64,000 nt of DNA from an uncultured Candidatus Rokubacteria bacterium (GTDB taxonomy: Bacteria > Methylomirabilota > Methylomirabilia > Rokubacteriales > DASRDR01). The DNA is taken from the NCBI GenBank assembly GCA_963826115.1, contig CAWGVS010000006.1, positions 224,001-288,000 on the forward strand, given 5' to 3'. The translations under genes and the position numbers were made by a program. Below the pieces are notes generated by a model that saw only the letters and a list, made by a program, of their open reading frames with translations, made no database searches and was not told where the DNA came from. Positions 20,452-30,443 of the stretch are shown here, one piece after another; positions within the stretch are counted from its first letter, which is position 1; every line of letters starts with the position of its first letter.

Positions 20452-21906
20452 GTGCTGACGCCGGTCCGGGAGACGGGGCTGGCCGCGGCCCGGCTCGCCG
20501 CGGGAGTCCAGCAGGCCCTGCACCGCCTCACCGAGGCCGAGCTGCGGGCCCTCCTGGGGGAGATCGACCGCCGCGCGCGCGCCGAGCACCTCGTCTACCT
20601 GCGCGACGACGTCGAGGAGACCATCAAGATCCTCGTGACCCCCATCGTCGCGCTGCCCGACCAGCTCGCCTACGTGCGCGCGGTCGCGCTCGCCCTGCAC
20701 GGCGCCCTGAAGCGGCTGCCGGAGCTCTACCTCACCGACCCGGACGTGCGGGCGCTCCTGGAGCTCCCGCCCCGCGAGGAGGAGTGGCTCCGCCGCTACT
20801 GGACACCCGCGGTGAGCGAGCAGAACACCGTGGTGGGCCGCCACGACGCGGCGATCGACTTCGCCTCGCCGACCTGGAAGGAGAGCCTCCAGTTCCTGGA
20901 GCCGAACCTCGGCGGCATCGGGGGGCTCCACATGGTGCCGACGGCCTCGCGCATCCTCGCCGAGGTCGTGCTGCCGGCCCTGCGCGCCCGGGATCCCCAG
21001 CTCGAGCTGGAGAGCCTCCAGGACATCCGGGCGCTCCTCATGCAGGACCTGCTCGACCACCTCGACGCCACCGGGCGGAGCGGGCGCACCGTGTGCCTCG
21101 TCGAGCCCAAGTACGCCGGGTACGGCCCGGACGAGCAGACGGAGCTGGCCCGCTACGTCCACGAGCACTTCGGGATCGAGGTCTGCCACGCCGACCCCGC
21201 GGAGCTGGCGCTCGACGGCGACGAGGTGACCTACGAGGGCCGGATCGTCGACCTCATCTACCGCGACTACGCCGTGGAGGACCTCCTCGACCTCGAGGCC
21301 GAGGGCGTGGACATCCGCCCCATGCAGCAGGCCTTCGCGACCAACCGGGTCGTGTCCTCGATCGCCGCCGAGCTGGACCAGAAGAGCTGCTGGGAGGTAC
21401 TGGGGGACCCGACGCTCGCGCGCCGTCACTTCGGCAGCGAGGAGCGCGCCTTCTTCCGCCGGCACGTCCCGTGGACGCGTCTGCTGCGGCCCGGGACGAC
21501 CACGCTCCCCGACGGCTCCCGGGGTGACCTCGCCAAGTACGCGGTCCAGGCGCGGGAGGAGCTCGTGCTCAAGCCCAACCGGGGATACGGTGGCTCCGGC
21601 GTCGCCGTGGGGCCGGCCACCGAGCCGGCCGAGTGGGAGAAGCTCGTGGCCGCCGCCGTCGCGCCCGGCGACGAGCGCTGGGTGGCCCAGCGCCTCGTCG
21701 CGCTGCCCGTGTGCCACTTCCCGGTGATGGCCGCCGACGGGACGATCAACGCCGGGCCCTTCTACGTCGTCTTCGGCTTCCTGCCCAGCGCGTACGGGCT
21801 CGCCACCCTGGGGCGCGCGTCCCAGACCCGCGTCGTCAACATCGCCCAGCGCGGCGGCATGTGCGTCCTGGTCGTCGGGCACCCGCCCGGACGGATCGTC
21901 AGCTAG
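20452..21906 (+). CDS. Circularly permuted ATP-grasp (CP_ATPgrasp-like) peptide ligase
   Basis: GRHD, FLEPN, IVDLIYR, DQKS, VPWTRLL, ELVLKPNRGYGGSGV, WVAQRLV, VVNIAQRGG. Confidence 0.75.
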   Translation: MLTPVRETGLAAARLAAGVQQALHRLTEAELRALLGEIDRRARAEHLVYLRDDVEETIKILVTPIVALPDQLAYVRAVALALHGALKRLPELYLTDPDVRALLELPPREEEWLRRYWTPAVSEQNTVVGRHDAAIDFASPTWKESLQFLEPNLGGIGGLHMVPTASRILAEVVLPALRARDPQLELESLQDIRALLMQDLLDHLDATGRSGRTVCLVEPKYAGYGPDEQTELARYVHEHFGIEVCHADPAELALDGDEVTYEGRIVDLIYRDYAVEDLLDLEAEGVDIRPMQQAFATNRVVSSIAAELDQKSCWEVLGDPTLARRHFGSEERAFFRRHVPWTRLLRPGTTTLPDGSRGDLAKYAVQAREELVLKPNRGYGGSGVAVGPATEPAEWEKLVAAAVAPGDERWVAQRLVALPVCHFPVMAADGTINAGPFYVVFGFLPSAYGLATLGRASQTRVVNIAQRGGMCVLVVGHPPGRIVS

Positions 21907-21970
21907 CGGAACGGCGGCGGCGCGGTGGGGCAGGCGCCCCCGGCGAGCCGGGCCGCCGGGGGCGGATCGG

Positions 21971-23326
21971 TCAGAACGAGCGGATCAGGCGCTCGACGCG
22001 CTCGTCGTGCGCCTGGAACGGGTCCTTGCAGAGGATCGTCTCGCGCTCGGGGTCGTTGAGCTTCAGGTAGACCCAGTCCACCCGGTAGTCCTTGCCCTTG
22101 AGGTTCGCCCGGCGGATGAACTCGCCGCGGAGCCGCGCGCGCGTCGTCTGGGGCGGCGTGTGCTTCGCCGTCTCCACCTGCTCGTCGCGCACCATCCGGT
22201 CGACGCGGTCGTTGCGCGCCAGGAGGTAGTAGATGCCCTTGAACGGCCGGATGTCGTGGTACTGGAGGTCGATCAGGGACACCCGCGGGTCGCGCCACGA
22301 CAGGCGGTGGCGGGTCATGTACTCCTCGATCCACTGCCGCTTGATCACCCAGTCGACGTCGCGGTCGCACTGGAGCGGGTCGGCCTCGAGGCGCGTGAGC
22401 ATCCCCGTCCAGCGATCCAGGACGTCGCGCGTGACCGGGTCGGCGTCGACGTGCTGCGCGTACGCGAGGCACGCCTCCAGGTACTCCTTCTGGATCTCGA
22501 GGGCGGTCATCGCGCGCCCGTCCTTGAGCTTCACCGTCTCCCGGAGGCCGGGGTCGTGCGAGATGTCCCGGATCGCCTGGACCGGCGACTGGAGGCTGTA
22601 GTCCCGGTCGAAGTAGCCGTCCTCGATCATGTCGAGGACCACGGCGGTGGTGCCGACCTTCAGGTAGGTCGCGACCTCCGACATGTTCGAGTCACCGACG
22701 ATCACGTGGAGGCGCCGGTACTTCTCGGCGTCGGCGTGCGGCTCGTCGCGCGTGTTGATGATCGAGCGGGACGACGTGGTGGCGCCGGAGATCTCCTGGC
22801 AGATGTGCTGGGCGCGCTGCGAGAGGCAGTAGTGGAAGCCCCGCGGGGTCTGCAGCACCTTGCCGGCGCCTGCGAAGATCTGGCGCGTCACGAAGAACGG
22901 GATGAGCGCTTCGGCCAGCCGCTGGAACGAGACGTCCCGGGACACGAGGTAGTTCTCGTGGCACCCGTACGAGTTGCCGGCCGAGTCCGTGTTGTTCTTG
23001 AAGAGGAGGATGTTCCCGGAGATCCCGTCCTCCCGCAGCCGCTTCTCCGCCTGGTGCAGGAGGTCCTCGACGATGCGCTCGCCGGCCTTGTCGTAGACGA
23101 CGAGGTCCATCACGTCGTCGCACTCCGGCGTCGCGTACTCGGGGTGGAAGCCGGTGTCGAGGTACAGCCGCGCGCCGTTCTCCAGGAACACGTTGGCGTT
23201 CCGCGCCCCGGGAATGACCTTCTCGAACAGGTAACGGGCGACGTTGTCGGGGGAGAGGCGGCGCTGCCCGTTCAGCGTGCAGGTCAGACCGTACTCGTTC
23301 TCGAGCCCGAAGATGCGTCGCTTCAT
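21971..23326 (-). CDS. pafA: Pup--protein ligase
   Basis: [81 protein letters not shown]. Confidence 0.93.
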   Translation of the reverse strand: MKRRIFGLENEYGLTCTLNGQRRLSPDNVARYLFEKVIPGARNANVFLENGARLYLDTGFHPEYATPECDDVMDLVVYDKAGERIVEDLLHQAEKRLREDGISGNILLFKNNTDSAGNSYGCHENYLVSRDVSFQRLAEALIPFFVTRQIFAGAGKVLQTPRGFHYCLSQRAQHICQEISGATTSSRSIINTRDEPHADAEKYRRLHVIVGDSNMSEVATYLKVGTTAVVLDMIEDGYFDRDYSLQSPVQAIRDISHDPGLRETVKLKDGRAMTALEIQKEYLEACLAYAQHVDADPVTRDVLDRWTGMLTRLEADPLQCDRDVDWVIKRQWIEEYMTRHRLSWRDPRVSLIDLQYHDIRPFKGIYYLLARNDRVDRMVRDEQVETAKHTPPQTTRARLRGEFIRRANLKGKDYRVDWVYLKLNDPERETILCKDPFQAHDERVERLIRSF

Positions 23327-24048
23327 GGCGTCCCCATGGGCCGGCCGCCCTCCGACGGGTCCGGACGCCCCAGGATCGTCCGCAGCTCGCCATTCGCGAC
23401 GCGCCGGAACTTGCGGCGCTCGCGATTCTGGTCGAGCACGGCGACCTCGAGGTCGCGGTCCGTCAGCGTCTTGTTCTGCGTGACCGTCAGGGCACGGATC
23501 CCGAGCCGCACCGCGTCGGCCAGGGGCATTGTCTCCCGGAAGTGCTCCTTGAGGAAGCGGCGAATCTCCTCCGCCTGCCCGCCCATGGCCGCGTAGTTGC
23601 GCTCGTCCTCGATCGAGCCGTCGTAGAGGACGTGGTACATCTCGTTCCGCCCGTTCGAGCCGTCCGCCACCTCGACGACCAGCACCTCGACCTCGAAGGG
23701 CTTGAGGCCCTCGGTGAAGATCTGCCCGAGCGCCTGGGAGTAGGCGTTGGCGAGCGCCTTCGCGGTCACGTCCTCGCGGTGGTAGGAGTAGCCGCGGAGG
23801 TCGGCATGGCGCACGCCGGCGATCCGGAGGTTCTCGAACTCGTTGTACTTGCCGACGCCGGCGAACGCGATGCGGTCGTAGATCTCGGAGATCTTGTGGA
23901 GCAGGGTAGAGGGGTTCTCGGCGACCAGGAGCACGCCGTGCTGGTACTCGAGCGCGACGATGGACCGGCCGCGCGCGATGCCCTTGCGAGCATACTCGGC
24001 CTTGTCCTTCATCATCTGCTCGGGCGACACGTAGTAGGGGAGCGGCAT
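23323..24048 (-). CDS. prcA: 20S proteasome alpha subunit
   Basis: [60 protein letters not shown]. Confidence 0.95.
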   Translation of the reverse strand: MPLPYYVSPEQMMKDKAEYARKGIARGRSIVALEYQHGVLLVAENPSTLLHKISEIYDRIAFAGVGKYNEFENLRIAGVRHADLRGYSYHREDVTAKALANAYSQALGQIFTEGLKPFEVEVLVVEVADGSNGRNEMYHVLYDGSIEDERNYAAMGGQAEEIRRFLKEHFRETMPLADAVRLGIRALTVTQNKTLTDRDLEVAVLDQNRERRKFRRVANGELRTILGRPDPSEGGRPMGTP

Positions 24049-24050
24049 CG

Positions 24051-24878
24051 TCAGCGTCCCGGTCGCCGCGCGGCCATCACGGCCTCGCACTGGGCCCGCA
24101 CCTCGGTCTCGGGGACGTCCTCGAGCCCGTCGCGGGTGATCACCTTCACCGTCGGAAAGATACCCTTGGCGAAGTCGGGGCCGCCGGTCCCCACGTCCTC
24201 CTCGGCCGCGTCGATGAGCGCCTCGGCCGCCCAGCGGAGCCCGTCGCCGCGCGGGGCACCCGTCCGGAAGAGCTTCTTCAGGGTCGTGCGGGCGTCCTTG
24301 CCGCCGGAGCCGGTCGCCGCGTAGTCGGTCTCCTCGTACCGGCCCCCCGTCACGTCGTAGTTGAAGATCCGCCCCTCGGCGCGGCGCAGGTCGTAGCCCG
24401 CGAAGATGGGCACGACCACCAGGCCCTGCATCGCCATCGGGAGGTTCATGCGGATCATCTGACCGAGCTTGTTCGCCTTGCCCTCGAGCGAAAGGCCGTC
24501 GCCCTCCACTTTCTCGTAGTGCTCGAGCTCGGTCTGGAAGAGGCGCGCCATCTCGATCGCCGGCCCCGCGGCCCCGGCGATCGCGACCGCCGAGTGGTCG
24601 TCGGTCTTGTAGACCTTCTCGATCCGCCGGTGGGCCACCTGGTACCCCTCGGTGGCCTGCCGGTCGCCGGCGACGATGACGCCGTCGGCGTAGCGCACCG
24701 CGAGGATCGTCGTTCCGGTCGGGACGCCCGGGACGTGGGGCTCGGCCGCGGGGATCGCTCCGATCACGCCGGGCCGCGAGACCAGAAGGTCAGGCGCTTC
24801 CAGACGCAGGAAGTCCACGAAGCTCGAGTTGACGTAACGCCCGAAGAGACCTTGCCAGGGCTCGTGCATGTAGGCCAT
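24051..24878 (-). CDS. prcB: 20S proteasome beta subunit (propeptide plus catalytic Thr1)
   Basis: SSFVDFL propeptide, PTG/TTILA cleavage site, [18 protein letters not shown]...TGGPD. Confidence 0.95.
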   Translation of the reverse strand: MAYMHEPWQGLFGRYVNSSFVDFLRLEAPDLLVSRPGVIGAIPAAEPHVPGVPTGTTILAVRYADGVIVAGDRQATEGYQVAHRRIEKVYKTDDHSAVAIAGAAGPAIEMARLFQTELEHYEKVEGDGLSLEGKANKLGQMIRMNLPMAMQGLVVVPIFAGYDLRRAEGRIFNYDVTGGRYEETDYAATGSGGKDARTTLKKLFRTGAPRGDGLRWAAEALIDAAEEDVGTGGPDFAKGIFPTVKVITRDGLEDVPETEVRAQCEAVMAARRPGR

Positions 24879-24889
24879 CCGTACGGGGG

Positions 24890-24895
24890 ATTATA
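24890..24895 (-). promoter_or_regulatory. Possible internal -10 box upstream of prcB
   Basis: TATAAT on minus strand, 11 nt before the prcB ATG, in otherwise GC-rich intergenic DNA. Confidence 0.5.
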
Positions 24896-24947
24896 CAACC
24901 GGGCCTCGCCGGGAGCGGCGGGCTTCCGGCGCCCCCGCGGGCCGGCG

Positions 24948-26444
24948 CTAGACGCTGGTCGGCTTGGAGATGTTCTTGAGGAGGTCCCGCGCCGTGGGCG
25001 ACTGGTCGAAGAGGCGGCGCACGAGCGCCTCGGTGCCCCGGAGCGGCTCCAGCATGAAGATCTTCTTGAGCGGCCCCTCCTTGAGGTCGAAGAGGACCGA
25101 GTCCCACGAGGCCGAGACGATGTCCTCCGAGTAGCGCTGGAGGCACATCCCCCGGAAGTACGCGCGGGTGTCGCGCGGCGGGTCGTTGACCGCGCGCGCG
25201 ATCTCCTCGTCGCTCGCGATACGCTCGACCGCGTCGGACTGCTCGAGCCGGTAGTAGAGGCCCTTGCTCGGCCGGATGTCGTGGTACTGGAGGTCGATCA
25301 TCGCCACGCGAGAGTCCGTCCAGCCCACGCCGTGCTTGGCCCGGTAGTTCTCGAGGAGGTCGAGCTTGATCACCCAGTCGAGCTCGCGGCTGAGCGACAT
25401 CGGATCCTCCGCCAGCCCGTCCAGCACGTGCTCCCACCGCACGAGCACGTCCTTCGTCACCGGGTCGAGCTCCCGGTCCCGGTAGTAGCGGTGGGCCGCC
25501 TCGAGGAACTCCCGCTGGAGGTCCACGGCGGTGATGGTGCGCCCGTCCCGCAGGCGGACCGTCGACCGGCACGCGAGGTCCCGTGAGATCTGCCGGAGGG
25601 CCTGCACCGGATTGTCGAGCGCGAGGTCCCGCTCGATGAAGTCGTCCTCGATCATCGAGAGGACGATCGAGGTCGTCCCGGTCTTGAGGTAGTTCGCCAC
25701 CTCCGACATGTTCGCGTCGCCCACGATCACGTGGAGCCGCCGGTACTTCTCGGGGTCGGCGTGGGGCTCGTCCCGCGTGTTGATGATGGGGCGGGAGTGC
25801 ATCGTCTCGAGCCCGACCTCGGTCTCGAGGAAGTCGGCGCGCTGGGTGAGCTGGTACTCGGTGTACTCCAGGTTGTTCTCGGAGCCGACCTTGCCCGCGC
25901 CGGTGAAGATCTGGCGCGTGACGAGGAACGGCATCATGTACTGCACGATCCGCGTGAAGGGGCAGCGGCGGTCCATGAGGTAGTTCTCGTGGGTGCCGTA
26001 GCTGTTGCCCTTGGAGTCGGTGTTGTTCTTGTAGATCAGGATGCGCTGCTCGGGCGGGGAGGCCGCCTCCGCGCGGCGGCGCGCGAGGTCGAGGATCCGC
26101 TCGCCCGCCCGGTCCCACACCACGAGGTCGCGCGGGTTGGTGCACTCGGGCGATGAGTACTCCGGGTGGGCGTGGTCGACGTAGAAGCGGGCCCCGTTCG
26201 GCAGGATCAGGTTGATGAGCCGGGACTCCTCCTTCGAGGGGAGCTCCTTCTCGTCGGCGTACTCGAATCCCCGGGCGTCCCGGAGCGGGCTCTCGGCCTC
26301 GTAGTCCCAGCGGATGCGCGCGGTCCGGTAGGTCTCGTAGGAATTGATGAGGAGCAGCGAGGACAGGATCGGGTTGAAGTCCGCCTGGTTGCGGACGGTG
26401 ATCCCGTACTCGGTCTCGATCCCCATCACCTTCGGGATGGCCAT
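24948..26444 (-). CDS. dop: Depupylase/deamidase Dop
   Basis: KVMGIETEYGI, Dop loop WDYEAESPLRDARGF, NGARFYVDHAHPEYSSPEC, SYGTHENY, ASWDS, LEPLRGT. Confidence 0.93.
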   Translation of the reverse strand: MAIPKVMGIETEYGITVRNQADFNPILSSLLLINSYETYRTARIRWDYEAESPLRDARGFEYADEKELPSKEESRLINLILPNGARFYVDHAHPEYSSPECTNPRDLVVWDRAGERILDLARRRAEAASPPEQRILIYKNNTDSKGNSYGTHENYLMDRRCPFTRIVQYMMPFLVTRQIFTGAGKVGSENNLEYTEYQLTQRADFLETEVGLETMHSRPIINTRDEPHADPEKYRRLHVIVGDANMSEVANYLKTGTTSIVLSMIEDDFIERDLALDNPVQALRQISRDLACRSTVRLRDGRTITAVDLQREFLEAAHRYYRDRELDPVTKDVLVRWEHVLDGLAEDPMSLSRELDWVIKLDLLENYRAKHGVGWTDSRVAMIDLQYHDIRPSKGLYYRLEQSDAVERIASDEEIARAVNDPPRDTRAYFRGMCLQRYSEDIVSASWDSVLFDLKEGPLKKIFMLEPLRGTEALVRRLFDQSPTARDLLKNISKPTSV

Positions 26445-26514
26445 GCCGTCCTCGCGCCGGCCTCGGTCACCCGCGCCGCGGGTGCCATCGGCGACCCCGG
26501 GAGTGACGCGACCG

Positions 26515-26557
26515 ACAGAAAGGGGGTGAGGGGAGCGCCGGTCGCCCCCTCACCCCC
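26515..26557 (-). terminator. Intrinsic terminator-like hairpin after arc
   Basis: 12-bp stem GGGGGTGAGGGG (26522-26533) / CCCCTCACCCCC (26546-26557), followed by TTTCTGT on the minus strand. Confidence 0.65.
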
Positions 26558-26562
26558 GCCAC

Positions 26563-28386
26563 CTACAGGTACTGGCCGGTGGTCTGGCGCTCCACGGGGC
26601 GATGCTTGTCCTTGGTTTCGCCCGTGAGCGGCTTGACGTAGACGATGCGCTCGCCCTTCTTCCCCGCGATCTTCGCCCAGTCGTCGGGGTTGGTCGTGTT
26701 GGGCAGGTCCTCGTTCTCCTTGAACTCCTCGCGCACGGCGGCCATCAGGTCCTCGAGCTTGATGCCCTTCTCGGCGCTCGCGATGTACCGCTTGAGCGCG
26801 AGCTTCTTGGCCCGCCGGACGATCGACTCCATCATCGCGCCCGAGGCGAAGTCCTTGAAGTACAGGACCTCCTTGTCCCCGTTCGCGTACGTGACCTCGA
26901 GGAACCGGTTCTCGTCGCCCGTCGAGTACATCTCCTCGACCGCGGTCTCGATCAGCCGCGCGATCGCCGCCGGGACGTCGCCGCCGTGCGGCGCGACCTC
27001 CTGCTCGTGCATCGGGATGTCGGGCGTGAGGTACTTGGCCATGATGTCGCCCGCCGACCCGCGGTCGGGCCGGTCGATCTTGATCTTCACGTCGAGGCGC
27101 CCGGGCCGCAGGATCGCGGGGTCGATCAGGTCCTGGCGGTTGGACGCGCCGATCACGATGACGTTCTTCAGCCCCTCGACGCCGTCGATCTCCGCCAGGA
27201 GCTGCGGGACGATGGTCGTCTCGACGTCGGACGAGATCCCCGAGCCGCGGGTGCGGAAGAGCGCGTCCATCTCGTCGAAGAACACGACGACGGGCACGTC
27301 CTCGGCCGCCTTTTCCTTGGCCTTCGTGAAGATCTCGCGGATCTTGCGCTCGGTCTCCCCGACGTACTTGTTGAGGAGCTCCGGGCCCTTGATGTTCATG
27401 AAGAAGCCCTTGATCTTCTCCCCGCGCTTCTCCGAGACCTTCTCCGCCAGGTTGTTCGCGACCGCCTTGGCGATCATGGTCTTGCCGCACCCGGGCGGGC
27501 CGTAGAGCAGGACGCCCTTGGGCGGCGCGAGCTTGTGCTCGCGGTAGTAGTCCGCGTAGAGGTATGGCAGTTCCACCGCGTCGCGGATCGCCTCGATCTG
27601 CGACGTCAGCCCGCCGATGTCCTCGTACTGGATGTCCGGCACTTCCTCGAGCGCCAGGTCCTCGACCTCGCTCTTCGGGAGCTTCTCCAGGAGGTAGCCG
27701 GACTTCGCGTCCATCAGGAGGTGGTCGCCGACCTTCAGCTTGATCGGACGGAGCGGGTCGGCGATGACCGCGACCTTCTCCTCGTCCGCGCGCACGGTGA
27801 CCACGGCGCGGGCCTCGTCCAGGGCCTCCTTCATGATCACGACTTCGCCCTGGATCTCGTAGCCCGCCGTCTCGATGACGTTCAGCCCCTCGTTCAGGAC
27901 GAGCTCCTGTCCGGGCTTGATCGACTCCTTCCCGATGGACGGGTGGAGGTTCACCTTCACCTTGCGCCCGCTGGACAGGATGTTGACGGTGCCGTCGTCG
28001 TTCAGCGAGAGGAACACGCCGTAGCTGGACGGGGGCGCGCAGAGCTTGTCGACCTCCTCCTTCAGCGAGGAGATCTGCTCGCGCGCCTCGTAGAGCGTGT
28101 TGACGAGCTTCTCGTTCTGGTTGAAGGCCTGGACCAGCTGGCGGTTCGCCTCCCGCAGCTTGTTCTCCAGGACCACGAAGTCCCTGGGGATCTCCTCGAG
28201 CTTCTTCCGGAGGTGGACGACCTCCGTCTCCATCGCGCGGGCGTGGGTCTGGAGATCCTGGATCTGGATCTCGTACTCGGTCAGCCGGCGGCGATAGGCC
28301 GATTCAGTCATCGGCAGGAACTTCGACAGGCCCTTGACGCCCTCGGGTTCACGGGGGGGATTCGCCTTCTTCTCGAACTCTTTCAT
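26563..28386 (-). CDS. arc: Proteasomal AAA ATPase ARC/Mpa
   Basis: N-terminal coiled coil, PPSSYG, OB domains, [30 protein letters not shown]-terminal GQYL gate-opening motif; start ATG 28386 with GGGAGG RBS. Confidence 0.95.
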   Translation of the reverse strand: MKEFEKKANPPREPEGVKGLSKFLPMTESAYRRRLTEYEIQIQDLQTHARAMETEVVHLRKKLEEIPRDFVVLENKLREANRQLVQAFNQNEKLVNTLYEAREQISSLKEEVDKLCAPPSSYGVFLSLNDDGTVNILSSGRKVKVNLHPSIGKESIKPGQELVLNEGLNVIETAGYEIQGEVVIMKEALDEARAVVTVRADEEKVAVIADPLRPIKLKVGDHLLMDAKSGYLLEKLPKSEVEDLALEEVPDIQYEDIGGLTSQIEAIRDAVELPYLYADYYREHKLAPPKGVLLYGPPGCGKTMIAKAVANNLAEKVSEKRGEKIKGFFMNIKGPELLNKYVGETERKIREIFTKAKEKAAEDVPVVVFFDEMDALFRTRGSGISSDVETTIVPQLLAEIDGVEGLKNVIVIGASNRQDLIDPAILRPGRLDVKIKIDRPDRGSAGDIMAKYLTPDIPMHEQEVAPHGGDVPAAIARLIETAVEEMYSTGDENRFLEVTYANGDKEVLYFKDFASGAMMESIVRRAKKLALKRYIASAEKGIKLEDLMAAVREEFKENEDLPNTTNPDDWAKIAGKKGERIVYVKPLTGETKDKHRPVERQTTGQYL

Positions 28387-28475
28387 TGGCCTCCCGTCCC
28401 TCTCGGCGAGCACCGCGACCGCGCCGGGTCGGCCGGGACCGGCGGGGGCAACCACGCCCCACGTCAGCTTGAGCA

Positions 28476-28505
28476 ACTATAGGCGGCGCCGGAAAAAAAA
28501 GTCAA
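28476..28505 (-). promoter_or_regulatory. Sigma70-type promoter of arc
   Basis: Minus strand TTGACT-18 nt-TATAGT. Confidence 0.7.
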
Positions 28506-28670
28506 GTTGTGGGGCCGTTCCGACGCCGGTTCCGGCGCGAGATTGCCCGCTTCGAAGCCTCCTGCACGTCGAAATCGTGCAACGCCGGTGCCACTAGGTG
28601 GCGGACCCCGGCGTCACCTGGACGACGGAGGCGGTTCGGCGGGGCGCGGGGCTCTCTATAATGGACGCCT

Positions 28671-30293
28671 ATGCGTTTCGCCGTCGCTCGACGATCGCGG
28701 TGTGTGTGGCGCGTGGGGCGGTTCGCGCTCCTGGCGGGGCTCGTCGCGATGGTCTGTGTCGGTGGCGTCGCGGTCGCGACGCCCACCGGCGAGCTTCACG
28801 TCGGGGTTCCCCGCCTTCCCGCGACGCTCGATCCCGCGGACGCCACGACGCCCGCCGAGCTGATGGCGATGCGCCTTCTCTACGAGGGCCTCGTCGCGTT
28901 CGGCGAGCGTGGCGACGTCGAGCCCGCGCTCGCCACGGCGTGGGCCGTCTCGCGCGACGGGCTCGTGTGGACGTTCCGCCTCCGCCCGGACGTTCCGCTG
29001 CACGACGGCGCCGCGCTCGGCACCGATGACGTCCTCGCCGCCCTCGCCGCGCGGATCTCCGCGGACGAGCCGCCGGAAGGCGCGCCGGCCTGGGTGCGGC
29101 CGTTCCGCGGCGCGGCGCGCATCGTCCGCGAGGTGCGTCGCGGCGAAGGGGCGTCGATCCAGGTCGTCCTCGGGCAGCCGTACGCGCCGCTGCTCGCGCT
29201 ACTCGCCCACCCGGGTCTCGCGATCGCGGTCGCGCGGCCCGGGGGTCCACGGGTCGGCACGGGGCCCTACCGGGCCGTCGAGCTCACCCCCGACCGTCTC
29301 CTCCTCGAGGCAGCGCCCACCTGGCGCGGCGACCCGCCGCAGAGCGCCCGCCTGGCGCTCCACGCGGTGCCGGACGACGCGGGCGCACTCGCGGGACTCG
29401 GGCCCGGCAGTCCGCTTCACGCCGCGCTGGTCCAGGCGCCGCCCGCGTGGGCCGCGGTAGGCCTCCAGGTCGTGTCGGCGCCCACCTGGCGCGTTGGCTT
29501 GCTGGCGCTCCGCACCGACCGGGGCCTGACCAGCCGCAAGACGGTGCGGCAGGCGGTGGCGCTCGCGCTCGACCCCGCGCTCCTCCGGGCCGCGCTCGGG
29601 TACTGGGCGGCGCCGCACGGCGCGTGGCTCCCGCCCGGCGCGTGGGCTGCGCGCGACCCCGGGCCACTCCTCTTCGATCCCGCGCGCGCGCGGGGGTTGC
29701 TTCTCCAGGTCGGGCCGGTCGATCCAACGTTGACGCTGCTCGCCTCGGACCGCGTGTCGGGCCCGGAGGCGACGGCCCTCGCCGAGGCGATCCGCGTCTC
29801 GCTCGGCGCCGCGGGCTTCAAGGTCCAGGTGCGGCTCGAAGCGCCGGCCGCGGCCGACAGCGCGGCCCGCCAGGGCGCGGCGGAGCTGACGCTCCACGAG
29901 GAGACGCTCGACGTCAACGATCCGGACGTCTTCCTGCGGCGACTGCTGGCGACCGACGGCGCCACGCCCGGGAGCGCCACCAACGTCGCCTTCCTCCGGA
30001 GCCCGCTGGTCGACGGCATGCTCGTGCGCGCGGGTCAGCTCGGGTTTCGGCCCGAGCGCGTCCGCTTGTACCAGCGCCTTCAGGGCGTGCTTGCCGAGGA
30101 ACTGCCCTACGTCCCCCTCTACACCCGACTCCAGTGGATGGTGGCGCGACCCGAAGTGCGGGGCATCCAGCTCGACCCCGGCGGAATCCACCGGCTCGAG
30201 CGGATCCGGGTCGAGCCGTCGCCCACCCCGCCGCCGCCCCGGGCGCCGTTGAATCCGCTCTCCGGTCTGCCGCCCCCCCCGCCGCGGCCGTAG
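28671..30293 (+). CDS. Peptide/nickel ABC substrate-binding protein (family 5)
   Basis: LDPA, LYEGLV, PALATAWAVSRDGLVWTFRLR, GTGPY; signal peptide. Confidence 0.85.
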   Translation: MRFAVARRSRCVWRVGRFALLAGLVAMVCVGGVAVATPTGELHVGVPRLPATLDPADATTPAELMAMRLLYEGLVAFGERGDVEPALATAWAVSRDGLVWTFRLRPDVPLHDGAALGTDDVLAALAARISADEPPEGAPAWVRPFRGAARIVREVRRGEGASIQVVLGQPYAPLLALLAHPGLAIAVARPGGPRVGTGPYRAVELTPDRLLLEAAPTWRGDPPQSARLALHAVPDDAGALAGLGPGSPLHAALVQAPPAWAAVGLQVVSAPTWRVGLLALRTDRGLTSRKTVRQAVALALDPALLRAALGYWAAPHGAWLPPGAWAARDPGPLLFDPARARGLLLQVGPVDPTLTLLASDRVSGPEATALAEAIRVSLGAAGFKVQVRLEAPAAADSAARQGAAELTLHEETLDVNDPDVFLRRLLATDGATPGSATNVAFLRSPLVDGMLVRAGQLGFRPERVRLYQRLQGVLAEELPYVPLYTRLQWMVARPEVRGIQLDPGGIHRLERIRVEPSPTPPPPRAPLNPLSGLPPPPPRP

Positions 30294-30358
30294 CGCCGAC
30301 CGGCGGGGCGGTCGCACACCGACGTCCACGCGCCGCCCGTCCCGGCGAGGCCGCTCGT

Positions 30359-30387
30359 TTGCCGCGGGCCGGGGCGCCGGCTACAAT
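30359..30387 (+). promoter_or_regulatory. Sigma70-type promoter for the thioesterase-yebC-ruv operon
   Basis: TTGCCG-17 nt-TACAAT. Confidence 0.6.
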
Positions 30388-30443
30388 AGCCGCGGCCTCC
30401 CATACGACGGGCCACGCCGGGCCAAACCACGGAGGAGTCGCGG

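Noticed and set aside
18898-21882. 994-aa ORF suggesting a large fusion to the M32 peptidase
   Set aside because: The N-terminal half is the antisense shadow of the ATP-grasp gene; M32 similarity starts at about 20415.
24790-26562. Pup hidden in an alternative frame near dop/prcB
   Set aside because: No frame gives an acidic peptide of about 60 aa ending GGE/GGQ; the intergenic gaps are too short.
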